A stretch of 64,000 nucleotides of DNA from the human T2T-CHM13v2.0 reference genome, Homo sapiens. Numbering within the stretch: the first letter of the stretch is position 1; every line of letters starts with the position of its first letter. The notes under the pieces are model-generated. The model searched no databases. It saw only the letters and a program-made list of their open reading frames with translations, and was not told where the DNA came from. Both the position numbers and the translations under genes were made by a program. Location of the stretch: assembly GCF_009914755.1 (NCBI RefSeq), contig NC_060947.1; one strand, written 5' to 3'. Positions 1 to 18,329 of this stretch are shown piece after piece.

Positions 1-1045
<1,045 letters not shown>

Positions 1046-1059
1046 TTATATATATATAT

Positions 1060-2945
1060 ATTTAATTTTTTTAGGTACACAGTAGGTACATGAGATGCTT
1101 TGAAACAGGCATGCGATGTGAAATAAGCACATAATGGGGACTGGGATATCTGTCTTCTCAAGCATTTATCCTTTGAGTTAGAAACAATCAAATTACACCC
1201 TTTAAGTTATTTTAAAATATGTAATTATTATTGACTATAGTCACCCTATTGTGCTATCCAATAGTAGGCCTTATTCATTCTTTCTATTTTTTTTTGTACC
1301 CGTTAACCATCCCCATCTCTCCCCCCACAACCACCAACTACTCTTCCCACCCTCTGGTAACCATCTTTCTACTCTATGTCCATGGGTTCAATTGTTTTGA
1401 TTTTTAGATCCCACAGATAAGTGAGAACATGTGATGTTTGTCTTTCTGTGCCTGGCTTATTTCGTTTCACATAATGATCTCCAGTTCCATCCATGTTGTT
1501 GCAAATGACAAGATCTCATTCTTTTTTTGTGGCTGAATAATACTCCATTATGTATATATACCACATTTTCTTTATCCATTCATCTGTTGATGGACACTTA
1601 GGTTGCTTCCAAATCTTAGATATTGAAAACAATGCTGCAAAAACATAGAAGTGAAGATATCTCTTTGATATATTGATTTCCTTTCTTTTGGGTATGTACC
1701 TGGCAGTGGGATTGCTGGATCATTTGGTAACTCAATTTTTAGTTTTTTGAGGAACCTCCAAACTATTCTCCATAGTGGTTGTACTAATTTACATTCCCAC
1801 CAACAGTGTTATGAGGGTTCCCTTTTCTCCACATCCTTAGCAGCATTTGTTATTGCCTGACTTTTGGATATAAGCCATTTTAACTGGAGAGAAATGACAT
1901 CTCATTGTAGTTTTCGATTTCCATTTCTCTGATGAGCAATTACGTTGAGCACTTTTTTGTATGCTTGTTTGTCATTTGCTTGTCTTCTTTTGGCAAGTGT
2001 CTATTCAAATATTTAGCCCATTTTTTGATTGGATTATTAGACTTTTTCCTATAGAGTTGTTTCAGTTCCTTATATATTCTGCTTATTAATGCCTTGTCAG
2101 ATGAGTAGTTTGCAAATATTTTCTCCCATTCTGTGGGTTGTTTCTTCACTTTGTTGATTGTACCCTTTGTTGTGCGGAAGGTTTTTAACTTGATGTGGTC
2201 CTATTTGTCCATTTTTGCTTTGGTTGCTTGTGCTTGTTGGGCATTGCTTAAGAAATCTTTGCCCAGACCAATGTCCTGGAGATTTTCCCCAATGTTTTCT
2301 TGCAATAGTTTCATATTTTGAGGTCTTACATTTAAGTCTTTAATCGATTTGATTTGATTTTTGAATATGGTGATAGACAGGGGTCTAGTTCTATTATTCT
2401 GCATATGGATATCTAGTTTTCCCAGCACCAGTTATTGAAGAAACTGTCTTTTCCCCATTGTACATCCTTGGTATCTTTGTGAAGAATGAGTTCACTGTAG
2501 CTGTGTAGATTCGTTTCTGGTCTCTGTATTCTGTTCCCTTGGTCTGTATGTCTGTTTTTATGCTAGTACCATGCTGTTTTGTTTACCTTAGGTCTGTAGT
2601 ATAATTTGAAGTCAGACAATGTGATTCCTCTAGTTTAGTTCTTTTGCTTAGGATAGCTTTGGCTATTCCAGGTCTTTTTGGTTCCATCTAAATTTTAGAA
2701 TTTTTTTTTTCTATTTCTGTGGAAGAATGTCGTTGGTATTTTGATAGAGATTGAATTGAATCTGTAGATTGCTTTTGGTAGTATGGACATATTAACAATA
2801 TTGATTTTTCCAATCCATGAACATGGAATATTTTTCCATTTTTTGGTGTCCCCTTCAGTTTTTTTCTTCAGTGTTTTATAGTTTTCATTATAGAGATTTT
2901 TCACTTCTTTGGTTAATTCTTAGATATTTTATGTGTGGCTATTTT
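1060..2945 (-). mobile_element. L1MA1/2-like 3' portion (continues at 4098)
   Basis: L1MA 3'UTR motifs and ORF2 remnants ([27 protein letters not shown]). Confidence 0.85.
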
Positions 2946-3520
2946 TTAAGAAAAACTTATTTATTTTAAATAATTTTTAGATAATAATTTCTTTTTTTCT
3001 TTCTTCCTTGCCTTCTTCTCCTCTCCCTCCTCCTTTTTGCTTCCAGGGTGACTCATGTCAAAAACATTGTGGATGTCCCTTTCCAGTTTCCTATTGACTT
3101 GTATATTACCTTACAGCATTTCTCCCCATTCAGCTGTCCCTAGTAGAAATCCATAGGCTAACCTGGTACTGCCGATTCGTTGTCTTTAATGGCTGAATAA
3201 TAACCCACAGCAGGAATGTGCTACCATGATTGATCCTGCCATCTGCCTACTAAAGGGTGTTCACTTTGTTTCCAGGTTTTTGCCACTGGAATAACTTTGC
3301 ATTCAATGCCTCATGCATAAATATGCCTTTATCTACTGGTGCTGTTATTTCTTCGGGACAGTCCAAAATCTTATGATACATGTTAAAATGTATGTATATT
3401 TTGGAAAGTTAAAATCTCTAGCCATAGAGCTTTCCAAAAAGGCTGTGATACTTGCATTCCCACCAGCAATACATGAGGGCACCATTTTTCTTGGATTGTC
3501 ATTCAGCAGATGTTATCACT

Positions 3521-4097
3521 TTTTGTATTTTTTTTTTATTATACTTTAAATTCTAGGGTACATGTGCACAATGTGCAGGTTTGATACATAGGTATACATG
3601 TGCCATGTTGGTTTGCTGCACCCATCAACTCATCATTTACATTAGGTGTTTCTCCTAATGCTATCCCTCCCCCAGCCCCCCAACCCCTGACAGGCCCCAG
3701 TGAGTGATGTTCCCCGCCCTCTGTCCAAGTGATCTCATCGTTCAATTCCCACCTATGAATGAGAACATGCGGTGTTTGGTTTTCTGTCCTTGTGATAGTT
3801 TGCTGAGAATGATGGTTTCCAGCTTCATTCATGTCCCTGCAAAGGACGTGAACTCATCCTTTTTTATGGCTGCATAGTATTCCATGGTGTATATGTGCCA
3901 CATTTTCTTAATCCAGTCTATCATTGATGGACATTTGGGTTGGTTCCAAGTCTTTGCTCTTGTGAATAGTGCCACAATAAACATATGTGTGCATGTGTCT
4001 TTATAGTAGCATGATTTATAATCCTTTGGGTATATACCCAGTAATGGTATTGCTGGGTCAAATGGTAATTCTAGTTCTAGATCTTTGAGGAATCGCC
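3521..4097 (-). mobile_element. 5'-truncated L1PA6/7-like 3' end
   Basis: polyT, then attatactttaaattctagggtacatgtgcacaatgtgcagg..., ending ...gaggaatcgcc. Confidence 0.9.
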
Positions 4098-6250
<2,153 letters not shown>

Positions 6251-6684
6251 TTATTTTTGTGCCAGTAACAATAAAAGTACTCTGTCTGTGGCTTACGATT
6301 TTTGTGACATCTTCATCTGTTTTTTTTTTTGTATCAGGATAATATTGATCTCATAAAATGAGACAAGGAATGTTATCTTCTTTTCTGTTTTTTGCAAGAA
6401 TGTTTGAATGATTGATGTTAATTCTTCTTTAGACATTCGATAAATTTCACCAAAGGTGCCATCTGAACTTGGGCTTTACTTAGTGGAAAGTTTTTTTTTT
6501 TTTTATGACAAACTGAACCTCTTTACTTATAGGTATTTTCATATTTTGTTTGTATTTGTGAATCAGTCTTGGTGGCTTGCATGTTTCTAGGAATTTTTCC
6601 ATTTCATATAGATTTCCAAATTATTTGGCATGCAATTATTTAAAATATCCCCTTATAATACAGTTTATTTGTCATTTCCCCTCT

Positions 6685-6850
6685 TTTTTTTCCTTAACTT
6701 TTATTTTAGGTTCATTGGTACATGTGAAGGTTTGTTACATAGGTAAACTCATGTCACTAGGGCTTGGGTTTGTTGTACAGATTATTTCATTACCCAGATA
6801 TAAAGCCCAGTACCCAATTGTTATCTTTTCTGCTCCCCTTCCTCCTCCCA
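6685..6850 (-). mobile_element. Short old L1PA 3' terminal fragment within L1M
   Basis: ggtacatgtgaaggtttgttacataggtaaactcatgtca motif. Confidence 0.7.
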
Positions 6851-8826
6851 TTTATTCACATTATTAGTAATTGGTGACTTCACACTTTATTCTAGCTAAT
6901 CTAGTTAAAGGTATCAATGTTAAGATCTTTCAAAAAACCTTTTATTGATTGATTTCCTCTATTGGTTTTCTATTCTCAAATTTATTCACTCTGATTAATT
7001 TTTGTTATTTCTTTCTTTTTGCTTACTTTGGATTTAGTTTGCTCATTTTCTAGTTTTCTTTGAAGGGGGAGATAAGGTTATTCATTAAAGACCTTTCTTC
7101 TTTTTCAATATAGGCATTACAGCTACAAGTTTTTCTTCTAAGCACTGCTTTTACTATATCCCCTAAGTTTTCTTCTGCTTGTGGTTTTATTTTGTTTTTC
7201 TCAAAATATTTCAAAAATCCCTCGTGATTCTTCTCTGACTCATTAATTATTTTGAATTGTGTTGCTTAATTCTCACATATTGCAAATTTCCCAAATTTCC
7301 TGTTGTTGATTTCTACTATTTTTCCATTGTGGTTGCAGAACATGCTTTGTATAATTTCATCCTTTTAAAATCATTGAGGATTGTTTTGACTTAACATATG
7401 GTCTATGTGGAAATGTTTCAGGTGCACTTGAGAAAAATGTATACTCTGCTGTCTAGTTGGTTTATAGTATTGTTCAAGTCTTCTATTTCTTTGTTACTTT
7501 TCTGTCTGTTTGTTAAATCTGTTCTTGAAAGCTGGGTATTAAAGCCTCCAGCTATCACTGTGGAACTGTGTACTTCTCATTTCAATTATGTTAGTTTTGC
7601 TTCATGTATTTTGTGGTTCTCTTATTAGTGAATAAATAATTTCTACTATTTGGAAAAGTTGATTTTGGCAATATTTCCCAGTGTTCTCATTGTTTTTACG
7701 AAGAAGAGTATTTTCCAATGTCCTTATTCCACTATTCCCACTTGTGTACCTCCAGTGATATGATGTTTTACTTTAATCTCTTTTTGTCTTCATAATCAAA
7801 GTGGGTTTCTTATAGAGAGAATATAACTGAATCTTATTCATTTACTCAATCTTATAATCTCTATCACCCATATTTATAGCTTTTCTATACAATGTGACTA
7901 TTGATATGGTTGGGTTTAAACCGAATCTTTTGCTATTTGTTTTACACTTGTCCTATCTGTTTTTTGTTTTGTTTTCTTTTGATTTTTCTTTTATTTTACC
8001 AGTTTTTCAAGAGTCCATCATTCCTGGGCCTCCTTTATTGAGTTTTTCATCTTCTGATCAGCAGTTGTTGCTTTAGGGTTTTTTCATATCTTACAGTTTT
8101 TAATTGTATGCCCAGCATTATGGATTTTATTTTAGAAAAGCCCTTGATTATGTTATCTTTTTCTCATGAGTACTAAATATTGTTCTAATTAAAAGTTAAT
8201 TTATCAGTACAACACCTGAATACTGTCTCAGACTTTGTTTAGAAGAAAGACTATTTTAGTTTTTTCTTACAGATAGAAAATATTCCTCACTCTTAAGGCA
8301 CTGAGTTTCTTTTTTTATTTTCTGTCCAGCTTTAAGATGCAAGCAACAAATTTAAAAACTTATATATTTAAAGTGTACACTGTGATGATTTGATAAATGT
8401 ATAGATCATGAAATGATTACCACAATCAAGCTACTTAAAATGTCTATCACCTTACAAAGTTACCTTTTTTGTATATGTGTGATGAGAACACTTAAGATCT
8501 ACTCTCCTAGCAAATTTCAAGTATACAAGTGTTAACTATAATTGCCATTCTGTATGTTAGACCCCAGAATGGATTTATCTTATAACAAAAATTTGTACAT
8601 TTTGACCAATATTTCCCCAACCCCCAACCCCAGCCCCAGAAATACATCATTCTACTCTCTGCTCCCGTGAGTTACACTTTCTTAGATTCCGCAAATAAGT
8701 GAGATTATACAGTATAGTATTTTTCCTATGTCTGACCTATTTCATTTACCATAATATCTCTCAGGTTTATCCATGTTGTCACAAATGACAGAATTCTCTT
8801 CTTTTTAATGACTGAATAATTCTCTT

Positions 8827-8846
8827 GTGTGTGTGTGTGTGTGTGT
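8827..8846. repeat. (TG)n microsatellite
   Basis: About 10 TG units. Confidence 0.9.
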
Positions 8847-9072
8847 CATATTTTCTTTATCTCTTCATCCATTGTTGGACACTTAGGTTGATTCCATACC
8901 TTGGTTATTGTAAATAGTGCATCAATAAACATGGGAGTGCAAATATCTCTTTGACACATTGATTTTATTTTCTTTGGGTATATATCCCGTAGTGGGATTG
9001 CTGGATCATATGGTAGTTCTGTTTTTAAGTTTTGAGGAACCTTCAAACTGTTGTCAATAATGGTTACACTAA

Positions 9073-9538
<466 letters not shown>

Positions 9539-9636
9539 TTAGCACTTTTTCATATACCTGTCTGCCATTTGTATGTCTTCTCTGGAAAAAAAATGTGAGT
9601 TGTATGAATTCCCTCTATATTTTGGATATTCATACC

Positions 9637-9994
9637 TATATTTGTGGGTTCAGGCTGCTATAACAAAACATCATAAACTGGACAGCATATAGATAAGTAA
9701 AATTTTTTTCTCATAGTTCTATAAGCCAGGAAGTCCAAGATCAAAGTACAGGCAGATTTCAGTGTCTGGTAAGGGCCCACTTTCTCATAGTCTGCACCCT
9801 CTTGCAGTGTCCTCACATGGTAGAAGAGGTAAGGGTTTCTCTGGGGTCTTTTACGAGGGCATTAATTTCATTCATGAGGGATCTGCCCTCATGGCCTAAT
9901 CATTTCCCAAAGGCTCCATATCCTAATACCATCACTTTGGAAGTTAGGATTCCAACATGTGAATTTGAGTGGGACACACATTCAGAATGTAACA
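9637..9994 (-). mobile_element. MLT1A-like MaLR solo LTR
   Basis: gctgctataacaaaac...aagtccaagatcaa...tgaatttgagtgggacacacattcag. Confidence 0.8.
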
Positions 9995-12900
9995 CCTCCT
10001 TATCAAACATATGGTTTGCAAATATTTTTTTCCATGCCATAGGTTGCCTTTTAATTTTGTTGATTGTTTTCTTTACTGCACAGAAACTTCTGTTTGATAT
10101 CATCCCAGTTGTTTATTTTTGCTTATTTATGTTACCTGTGCTTTTGGTGTTATATCTAAAAAATTATTGCCAAGACCAATGTCCAGGAGTTTTCCCTATG
10201 TTTTTTTCAAAAGTTTTACAGTTTCAGTTTTTACATTTAAGTCTTTAATTCATTTTGAGTTTTGTTAATATGATAAGGATACAGTTTCATTCTTCTGCAT
10301 TTATATAGCCAGTTTTCCCACCACCGTTTATTGAAGAGAGAACCCTGTCCCCATTATGTATTTTTTATGCCCCTCTCAAAGACTATTTAACTATATATAT
10401 GTGGACTCATTTCTGGGTTTTCTGTTCTGTTCCATTGGCCTATGTGTCTGTTTTTACAATAGTACCATAATATTTTGATTACTATAATATAGTTTGAAAT
10501 AAAGACATATGATGCCTCCATCTTGATTCCTCTTGCTTCTTACTTTTTTTTTTCACTTAATTCTGGCTATTTGGGGTCTTTTGTGGCTCCATACAAATTG
10601 TAGGATTAGTTTTTTTTTTTATTTTGGTGAATAATGTCACTGGAATTTTAATAGGGATTGTATTAAATTTGTATATTGCTTTGAGTAGTATTGACACTTT
10701 AAAAATATTAAATCTTCCAATTTGTGAACACAGGATCTTTTTTCATTTATTTGTGACTCCAATGTCTTTTGTCAATGTTTTATAGTTTTCAGTGTACAGT
10801 TATTTCACTTCCTCGGTTAAATTTATTCCTAAATATTTTATTCTTTTTTATTCTAATTTGAATGGGATTTTTTCTTCACTTATTTTTTCAGATAGTTTAC
10901 TGTTGCTGTATAGAAATGCAACTGATTTTTGTATGTTGATTTTGTATCCTGAAACTTTACTGAATTTATTAATTTTAATAGCTTTACAGTAGATACTTTA
11001 GGGTTTTACTTATATAAAATCATGTCATCTGCAAACAAAAACAATTTTACTTCTTCCTTTCCAATTTGGATGCCGGTTATTTCTTTCTTTCTTTCTTTCT
11101 TTTTCTTTCTTTTTTTTTTTTTTTTTGCCTGCTTACTTGGATTAAGACTTCCAGTTCTATGTTGAATAGAAGTGGCACGAGTGGGCACCCTTGTCTTGTT
11201 CCTCATCTTAGAGGAAAAATTTCACATTTTGTCATTGAGTATGATGTTAGCTGTGGGCTTGACATATATAGTCTTTATTACATTGAGGTATATTCCTTTG
11301 ATACCTAATTTCTTGAGAGTTATCATCATAAAAGAATATTGAATTATGTCAAATGTTATTTTTCTGAATCTATTGAGATCGATCATATTTTTATCATTCA
11401 TTCTGTCAATGTGATGTATCACATTTATTGATTTGCATATGTTGACCCATCCTTTCATCCAAGGGATAAATAACACTTGGTCATGGTGTATGATACTTTT
11501 GATGAGCTGTTGAATTCAGTATGCTATTTTGTTTGTTTGTTTGTTTGAGATTTTTGCACCTATGCTCATCAAAGATATTGGCCTGCAATTTTCTTCTTTT
11601 GTTTTGTTGTTATCTGGCTTTGATATGAGGGTAATGCTGACTTTGTAAAATGAGCTTAGAAGTGTTCTTTCATCTTGAATTTTGTGAACAAGTTTGAGAA
11701 GGTTTGGTGCTAGTTCTTCATGAAATGTTTGGCAGAACTCACCAGTAACACCATGTAGTCTTGGGCTTCTCTTTGTTGGGAGGTTTCTGATTACTGTTTA
11801 ATCTCCTAACTCATTATTGGTATATTCAGATTTCCTATTTCTTTAAGATTCAGTCTTGAAAGGTTGTATGTTTTTAAAGAAATGTATCCATTTCTACTAG
11901 GTTATCTACTTTGTTGGCATGTAATTGTTCTAGTAGTCTTTTATGATCCTTTGTATATTTGTGGTGTCATTTGCAATGTCTGCTCTTTCATTTATAATTT
12001 TATTTATTTGAGTTCTTTCTCTCTCTTTCTCTTGGTTAGTCTAACTAAAGGTTTGTCCATTTTATTTATCTTTTCAAAAATCCAACACTGTTTCATTGAC
12101 CTTTTCAACCGTCTTCCCATCTTTATTTCATTTATTTCTGCTCTAATCTTTATTATTTCCTTTCTTTGACTAACTTTGAGCTTAGTTTGTTCTTTTTGTT
12201 CTAGTTCCTTGGTGTAGAGTTATTTATTTGATGTCTTTATTTTTATTAATGTGGACATTTATCACTCTCTACTTCCTATTAGAACTACTATTGCTACTAT
12301 TACTACTATTGCTGCATTTCATAAGTTTTGGTATGTTGTGTTTCCATTTTTGTTTATCTGAATATTTTTTTAAATTTCTTTTTTATTTCTTTTTTAACCC
12401 ATTGGTTATTTGGGAGTGTGTGGTTTAATTTCTATATATTTGTAAATTTTTAAATTTTCCTCCCGTTATTAATTTTTAGTTTCATACCATTGTGGTCAGA
12501 AAATGTATTTGATACAATTTCAATCTTCTTAAATTCATTAAGAATTGTTTTTCAACCTAACAAATGCTCTATCCTGGATAATGTTCCATGTGCACTTGAG
12601 AAGAATGTGTATTCTGTTATTGTTGGATGTAAAGTTCTGTATCTCTCTGTTAGATGCATTTAGTCTCTAGTGTTTTTCAATTCCACTGTTTCCTTATTGA
12701 TTTTCTATTGGTTGATCTATACACTGTTGAAAGTAGGGTGCTGATGTCTTCTATTTAATACTATTATTGTATTCCTATTTCTCCCATCAGTTTTGGTAAT
12801 ACTTGCTTTATATATTTGTGCTTCAGAGTTGAGAGCATATATATTTACCATTGTTATAATCTTTTGATGAAATTAACCCTTTATCATTTTATAATAATCT

Positions 12901-14139
12901 TCTTTGTCTCTTGTGACAGTTTTTAAAGCTAATTTTAGACTTACTTAGAGTTATAAAATAGTACAGAGTCCCTTTATATCTCTCATCCAGCTTCATTAAA
13001 TGTTAACATATTGTATACCCGTAGTATAATTATCAATAATAGGAAATCAATATTGTGAAACAGTACTATAAAGTATAAATTTTGTTCAAAATTTACAAAG
13101 TTTTTCATTAATGTCCACTATTAGTTTTTATATCTTATCCAGAATACGACATTGTGTTTGGTTGCATTGAGCTGCTTTACAACCTTCCAATAAATCTGAT
13201 AAATTATCTTTTGACTTTTATTTAATTCCAGATAATTTCTAATTTCCCTTGTGATTGCCTCTTTGACCCATAAGTCACTGAAAAGTGTGTCATTTAAACT
13301 CCTAATACATGGGAGTTTCCCAAGTATCTTGTGTTAATGTCTCATTTAAATACTTTTTGTCTGCAACACACTGTATTTTTTCAATCCTTTTAACTTTATT
13401 AATACTTTAAATATCTAAACCAAAGATATTTCTTGAAGAATGTTCCAATTGCACTTGAAAATATGGGGGCTATTTCCAGAATCTTTTGTTATTAATTTCC
13501 GACATAATTCCACAGTTATAAGGGAACAGATGGTATATGATTTCAATCCCTTTTAGAACATAATTTTTTAGAATTGTTTTGCATCCCAGCATATGTTCCA
13601 GTGTTTCCTGATTAAAATGCCATCGACACTTGAATAGAATTGTATCTTGCTATTGTATAAAATGTATAAATGTTAACTACGTTCAATTTGTTCATAGTAC
13701 TATTTAGGTTTATTATATATTTTTTACTTTTCTGTCTTCATTCTATTAATTTCTTAGAGTTTAGTATTGAAAACTCCAATTATATATATTAATTTATCTA
13801 TTTTTTCCATCAATTCTGTCAGTTTTTGCTTCATGTATTTTGGGGCTCTGTTAGTAGGTGCAAATATACATTTTTAATTACTATACCATTCTGCTTTTGA
13901 CCCATTTATGGTTAAAAATATCTCTGTCTTTAATAATATTCATATTATTAAATAAATGTTGTCTGAAATTAATATACATACTATAATATTTTATGCATAT
14001 GATTTCCATGTAATATATATTTTAATTTTTTATTTTTAGCTATAGGTTTTTTGTAATTAAAATATATTGTATGTGAGGAGCTTAGAATTGGGATTCTCTT
14101 ATGAAAACTTTTTATCTAATCTGACAGTACATTTTTCAT

Positions 14140-14585
14140 TTTTTAAATTTTTTATTTCCATAGGTTTTTGGAAACAGGTGGTATTTGGTTACATGAGTAA
14201 GTTCTTTAGTGGTAATTTGTGAGATTTTGGTGCACCCATCACCCAAACAGTATACACTGAACCCAATTTGTAGTCTTTTATTCCTCACCCGCCTCCTATC
14301 CTTTCCCCTGAGTCTCCAAAGCCCATTGTATCATTCTTATTCCTTTGCATCCTGATAGCTTCGCTCATACAATGTTTGGTTTTCCATTTTTTAGTTACTT
14401 CACTTAGGAAAATAGTCTGCAGTTCCATCCAGTTCGCTGCAAATGCCATTAATTTGTTCCTTTTTATGGCTGAGTAGTATTCCATCATACATATATACAC
14501 CACAATTTCTTTATCCACTAGTTGATTAATGGGAATTTGGGCTGGTTCCATATTTTTGCAATTGCGAATTGTGCTACTATAAACA
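14140..14585 (-). mobile_element. L1PB-like 3' end
   Basis: ggtttttggaaacaggtggtatttggttacatgagtaagttctttagtgg. Confidence 0.8.
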
Positions 14586-14729
14586 AGCAATATCTTTTCA
14601 TTAGAGTAGTTAGTTAACTTACACTTAATGTGGTTGATTTGCTTATTTTAGGTGTTCAATTTTGATACTCATTTTCTACTTATTTTATATCTTTATTGTT
14701 CCTCTGTTCTTCCTTTCCTGCCTTCGTTT

Positions 14730-17700
14730 TTTGTATTGTAATATAATTCATATATCATAAAGCTCATTATTATAAAGTGTATAATTAGTAGTGTTTAGTA
14801 TATTTACAAAATTATACAACTGTCAACACTATCTCATTACAGAACATTTTCATGACACTGAAAAATTTAAAAATATATTTATTAGGAACCATTCTCCATT
14901 TTCCCCTCTCCCCAGCTCCTAGCAACTTCTTTATTTCTATAGATTTGCCAATTCTGGACATTTCTTATAAATGAAATCATACAATATGTGGCCTTTTTTA
15001 TCTGCCTTGTTTTAAATACTATAATGTTTTCAATTTTCCTGTATTGTAGCATTTACTAGTATTGAATTCGCTTTTTCCTTTTTCTTTATTTTTCATTGTT
15101 TAGTGAGATACAAGTCACATAACTATACAACTCACCCATTAGAGTGTAAAATTTAATGATTTTTAATATATTAATAGATGAATGCAAATATGACCATCAT
15201 CAATTCTAAAACATTTTCATCACTGCAAGACAAACATTATACCCTTTAGCTATCACCACCCTACTTACCCAGAACACCATGCCTAAGCAAGAACGAATTG
15301 ACTATCTGTCTCTGTAGATTTGCCTACTCTGGCAATAGCTGGAATTTCATACAGTTGCAATCATGTAATATGTAGTCTTACGTGATTGGCATATTCAGTT
15401 AGTATAATGTTTTCAAGGTTTATTCATGTTAGAATCTGTATCTATAATTATTTTTATATGATGAATGAATACTCTGTTGTAAGAATATATCAGAATTTTT
15501 TTTCATTCTGCTGATTGACCTTTGGCTCGTAGCCAATACTTTTTATCACAAATAATGCTGCTATGAACACTAATCAAAGATTTTGTTTAAATACTTGTTT
15601 TAATTCTCTTGGGTATATAACTAGAGAATTTCTGGGTCACGTGGTAACTGCCAAATTGTTTTCCAAATGCAGGGGGATTCCAACTTCTTTACATCCTTGT
15701 CAATACTTGTTATTGTCTATAATTATGACTATGTTCATCGTACTGTGTGTAAAGTGGTATCTCATTGTGGTTTTGGTGTGCACTTCCCTAATAGCTAATG
15801 ATGTTGAGCATATTTTCACATACATATAGGCCATCTGCATATCTTCTTTGGAGAAATGTGTTTTCAGATCCTTTGCCCAATTTTAATTGGGTTATTTATC
15901 TCTTACTACTGAATTGTCAGGATTGTAACAAATATTCTGGATGAAAGACACATAATGATTTGAAATTATTGTCTCCCATTATTTTAGTTGTCCTTGATGG
16001 CATCATTTGCAGTGTAAAATTTTTTAATTTCGATAAAGTCTTTATTTTACCTTGTTGTTTGTGCTTTTAGTGTCATATTCAAGAAAACATTGTCATAGCT
16101 GGAGTCATGAAGATTTAGTCCTATGTTTTCATCTAAAAGTTGTACAGTCTTACCCCTTACTTTTAGGTCTTTGAACTATTTTGAGGGTTTTTTTTTTTCT
16201 GTGAATGGTGCAAGATAAGGGTATGATTTTATTGTTTAGCATGTTGGTATTCAGTTATCCTAGCACCATTTGTTGAAAAGACTATTATTTCCTTCACTGA
16301 ATTGTCTTGACACTCTGTTGAAAATCAGTTACATAGAAACCATGTGTTTACTTGTAGCCTCTCAATTCTATTCCATTTATCTATATGTCTATATATATGT
16401 CAGTACCACCTGGTCTTGAATACCACTGCTTTGTAGTTGGTTTGAAAATCAGGTAGTGCGAGTCCTCGTACTTTGCTCTTTTATCTCAAGATTACTATTA
16501 CTCTGGCTACTCTGAGTCCTTTGCAATTTCATATGAATTTTATAATAGGCTTGACAATTTCTACAAAGAAGTCATCTGGGATGCTGATAGTAATTTTGTT
16601 GAGTTTTTAGGTAACTTTGGGAAGTATTGTCATCTTAAGTATTTCAAATCTAATCCATGAGCATGAGGATTTATGTCCATTTACTTAAATTCTTTATTTT
16701 CTTTCAACAATGTTTTATAGATTTAAATATATTAACACAAGTTTTGCATTTCTTTGGTTAAAATTATCCCTAAGTACTTTTATTTTTTCAATTATATTAT
16801 AAACTGAATTACTTTATTAATTTAATTTTTGGATTGTTCATTGCAAGTGTACAGAAATATAATTAAATTATGTATACTTATTTTATATCATGCAAACTTT
16901 CTGAGTTCATTTATTAGTTCTAATACTTTTTAAGTGGATTCCTTAGAATTTCTATATACAAGACATGTCATCTTCTAACAAAGATAGTTTTAAATTCTTC
17001 CTTTCCAATCTAGATGCATTTTCTTTTTGTTGCTTAATTTCCCTCTGTAGAACCTCTAGTACAATGATAAATGAAAGGGGCCAGACTGAATATTCTTGAC
17101 TTGCTCCTTATCTTACGAGGAAAGTATTGAGTCTTTCATCATTAAGATGTCTGCTGTGGGTTTTTCATAAACGCCCTTTACCAAGTTGATGAGTTTCCTT
17201 CTATTTCTATGTTGAGGAGTGACTTTTATCATAAAAGGGAAGTAGATATGTTTAAAATGTTTTTTCTGTATCTATTGAGATGATCATGTGTTTTTTACTT
17301 CTATTGATATGGTATATTACTTTAATTGGCTTTCAGATGCTAAACCAACCTTGCATACCTAGGACAAAGCCCACATGATCATGGTGCATAATTTTTTATA
17401 TGTTGCTGGATTCAGTGTACTAGTGTTCTGGTTGGTGTTTTTGTGTCCATATTCCTAAGAAATATTTATCCGTAGTTTTCTTGTGTTGTCTTCATCTCAT
17501 TTTGGTATCAGGGTAATTCTGACCTCATAATATGAGTTAAGAACTGTTTCTTTCTCTACAATATTTTGGAAAAGTTTGGGAAGAACTGGTATTATTTCTT
17601 CTTTAAACTTTTTATATATTTATATAACTTCTAATATCTTTAAATTTTTATCACTGGTAAAGTCATCTTTATGGCCATAAGTTATGAACTTTTCATTGTG

Positions 17701-18329
17701 CATAGTTTTGGGTTAGTGGTCAGTGTGTTTACTTGGTATACGTCCAGTCACATTGTCTTTTTTTGAGTCATTTTTGGTAGGTTGCACCTTTCTAAAAATT
17801 TGACCATTTTATCTGAGTTATCTCATTTATTGCCATATAATGGTTAATAATATTCCTATAATCCATATTTCTGAAAGATCAGCAATAATGTCCCTGCTTT
17901 CATTTTTGATCCTAATAATTTAAGCATCTATCTATCTGTCTGTCATCTATCTACCTATCTATCCATCCATCCATCTATCTATCTGTTTATCTATCATCTG
18001 TCATCTCTTGGTCAATCTAACCAAAAGATTGTCAATCTTGTTGAGCTTTTCAAGAGTCAGCTTTATTTTCATTAATTTTCTGTATTGTTTTAATATTCTC
18101 TATTTCATTAATTTCTGCTCTAATCTTTACAAGTTTCTTCCTTCAGCTTGCTTTATGTTTATTTTGCTGTTCTTCAAGTGTCTTAGATGGAAGCTCAGGT
18201 TATTGACTTGAGACTTTTTTTTTCTTAATACAGGCATTTAAAATGATAAACTTCTAAGCCCTGTGTAGTTGCATCCAGTAAGTTTGGGTATGCTGTGTAT
18301 TTATGTTTATTCACCTAAAAGTATTTTCT
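14730..18329 (-). mobile_element. Nested L1MB-like elements (continue beyond 19455)
   Basis: Degenerate antisense L1 3'UTR/ORF2 motifs. Confidence 0.7.
17927..18007. repeat. Compound (TCTA/TCCA/TCTG)n tetranucleotide repeat
   Basis: tctatctatctgtctgtcatctatctacctatctatccatccatcc... Confidence 0.85.
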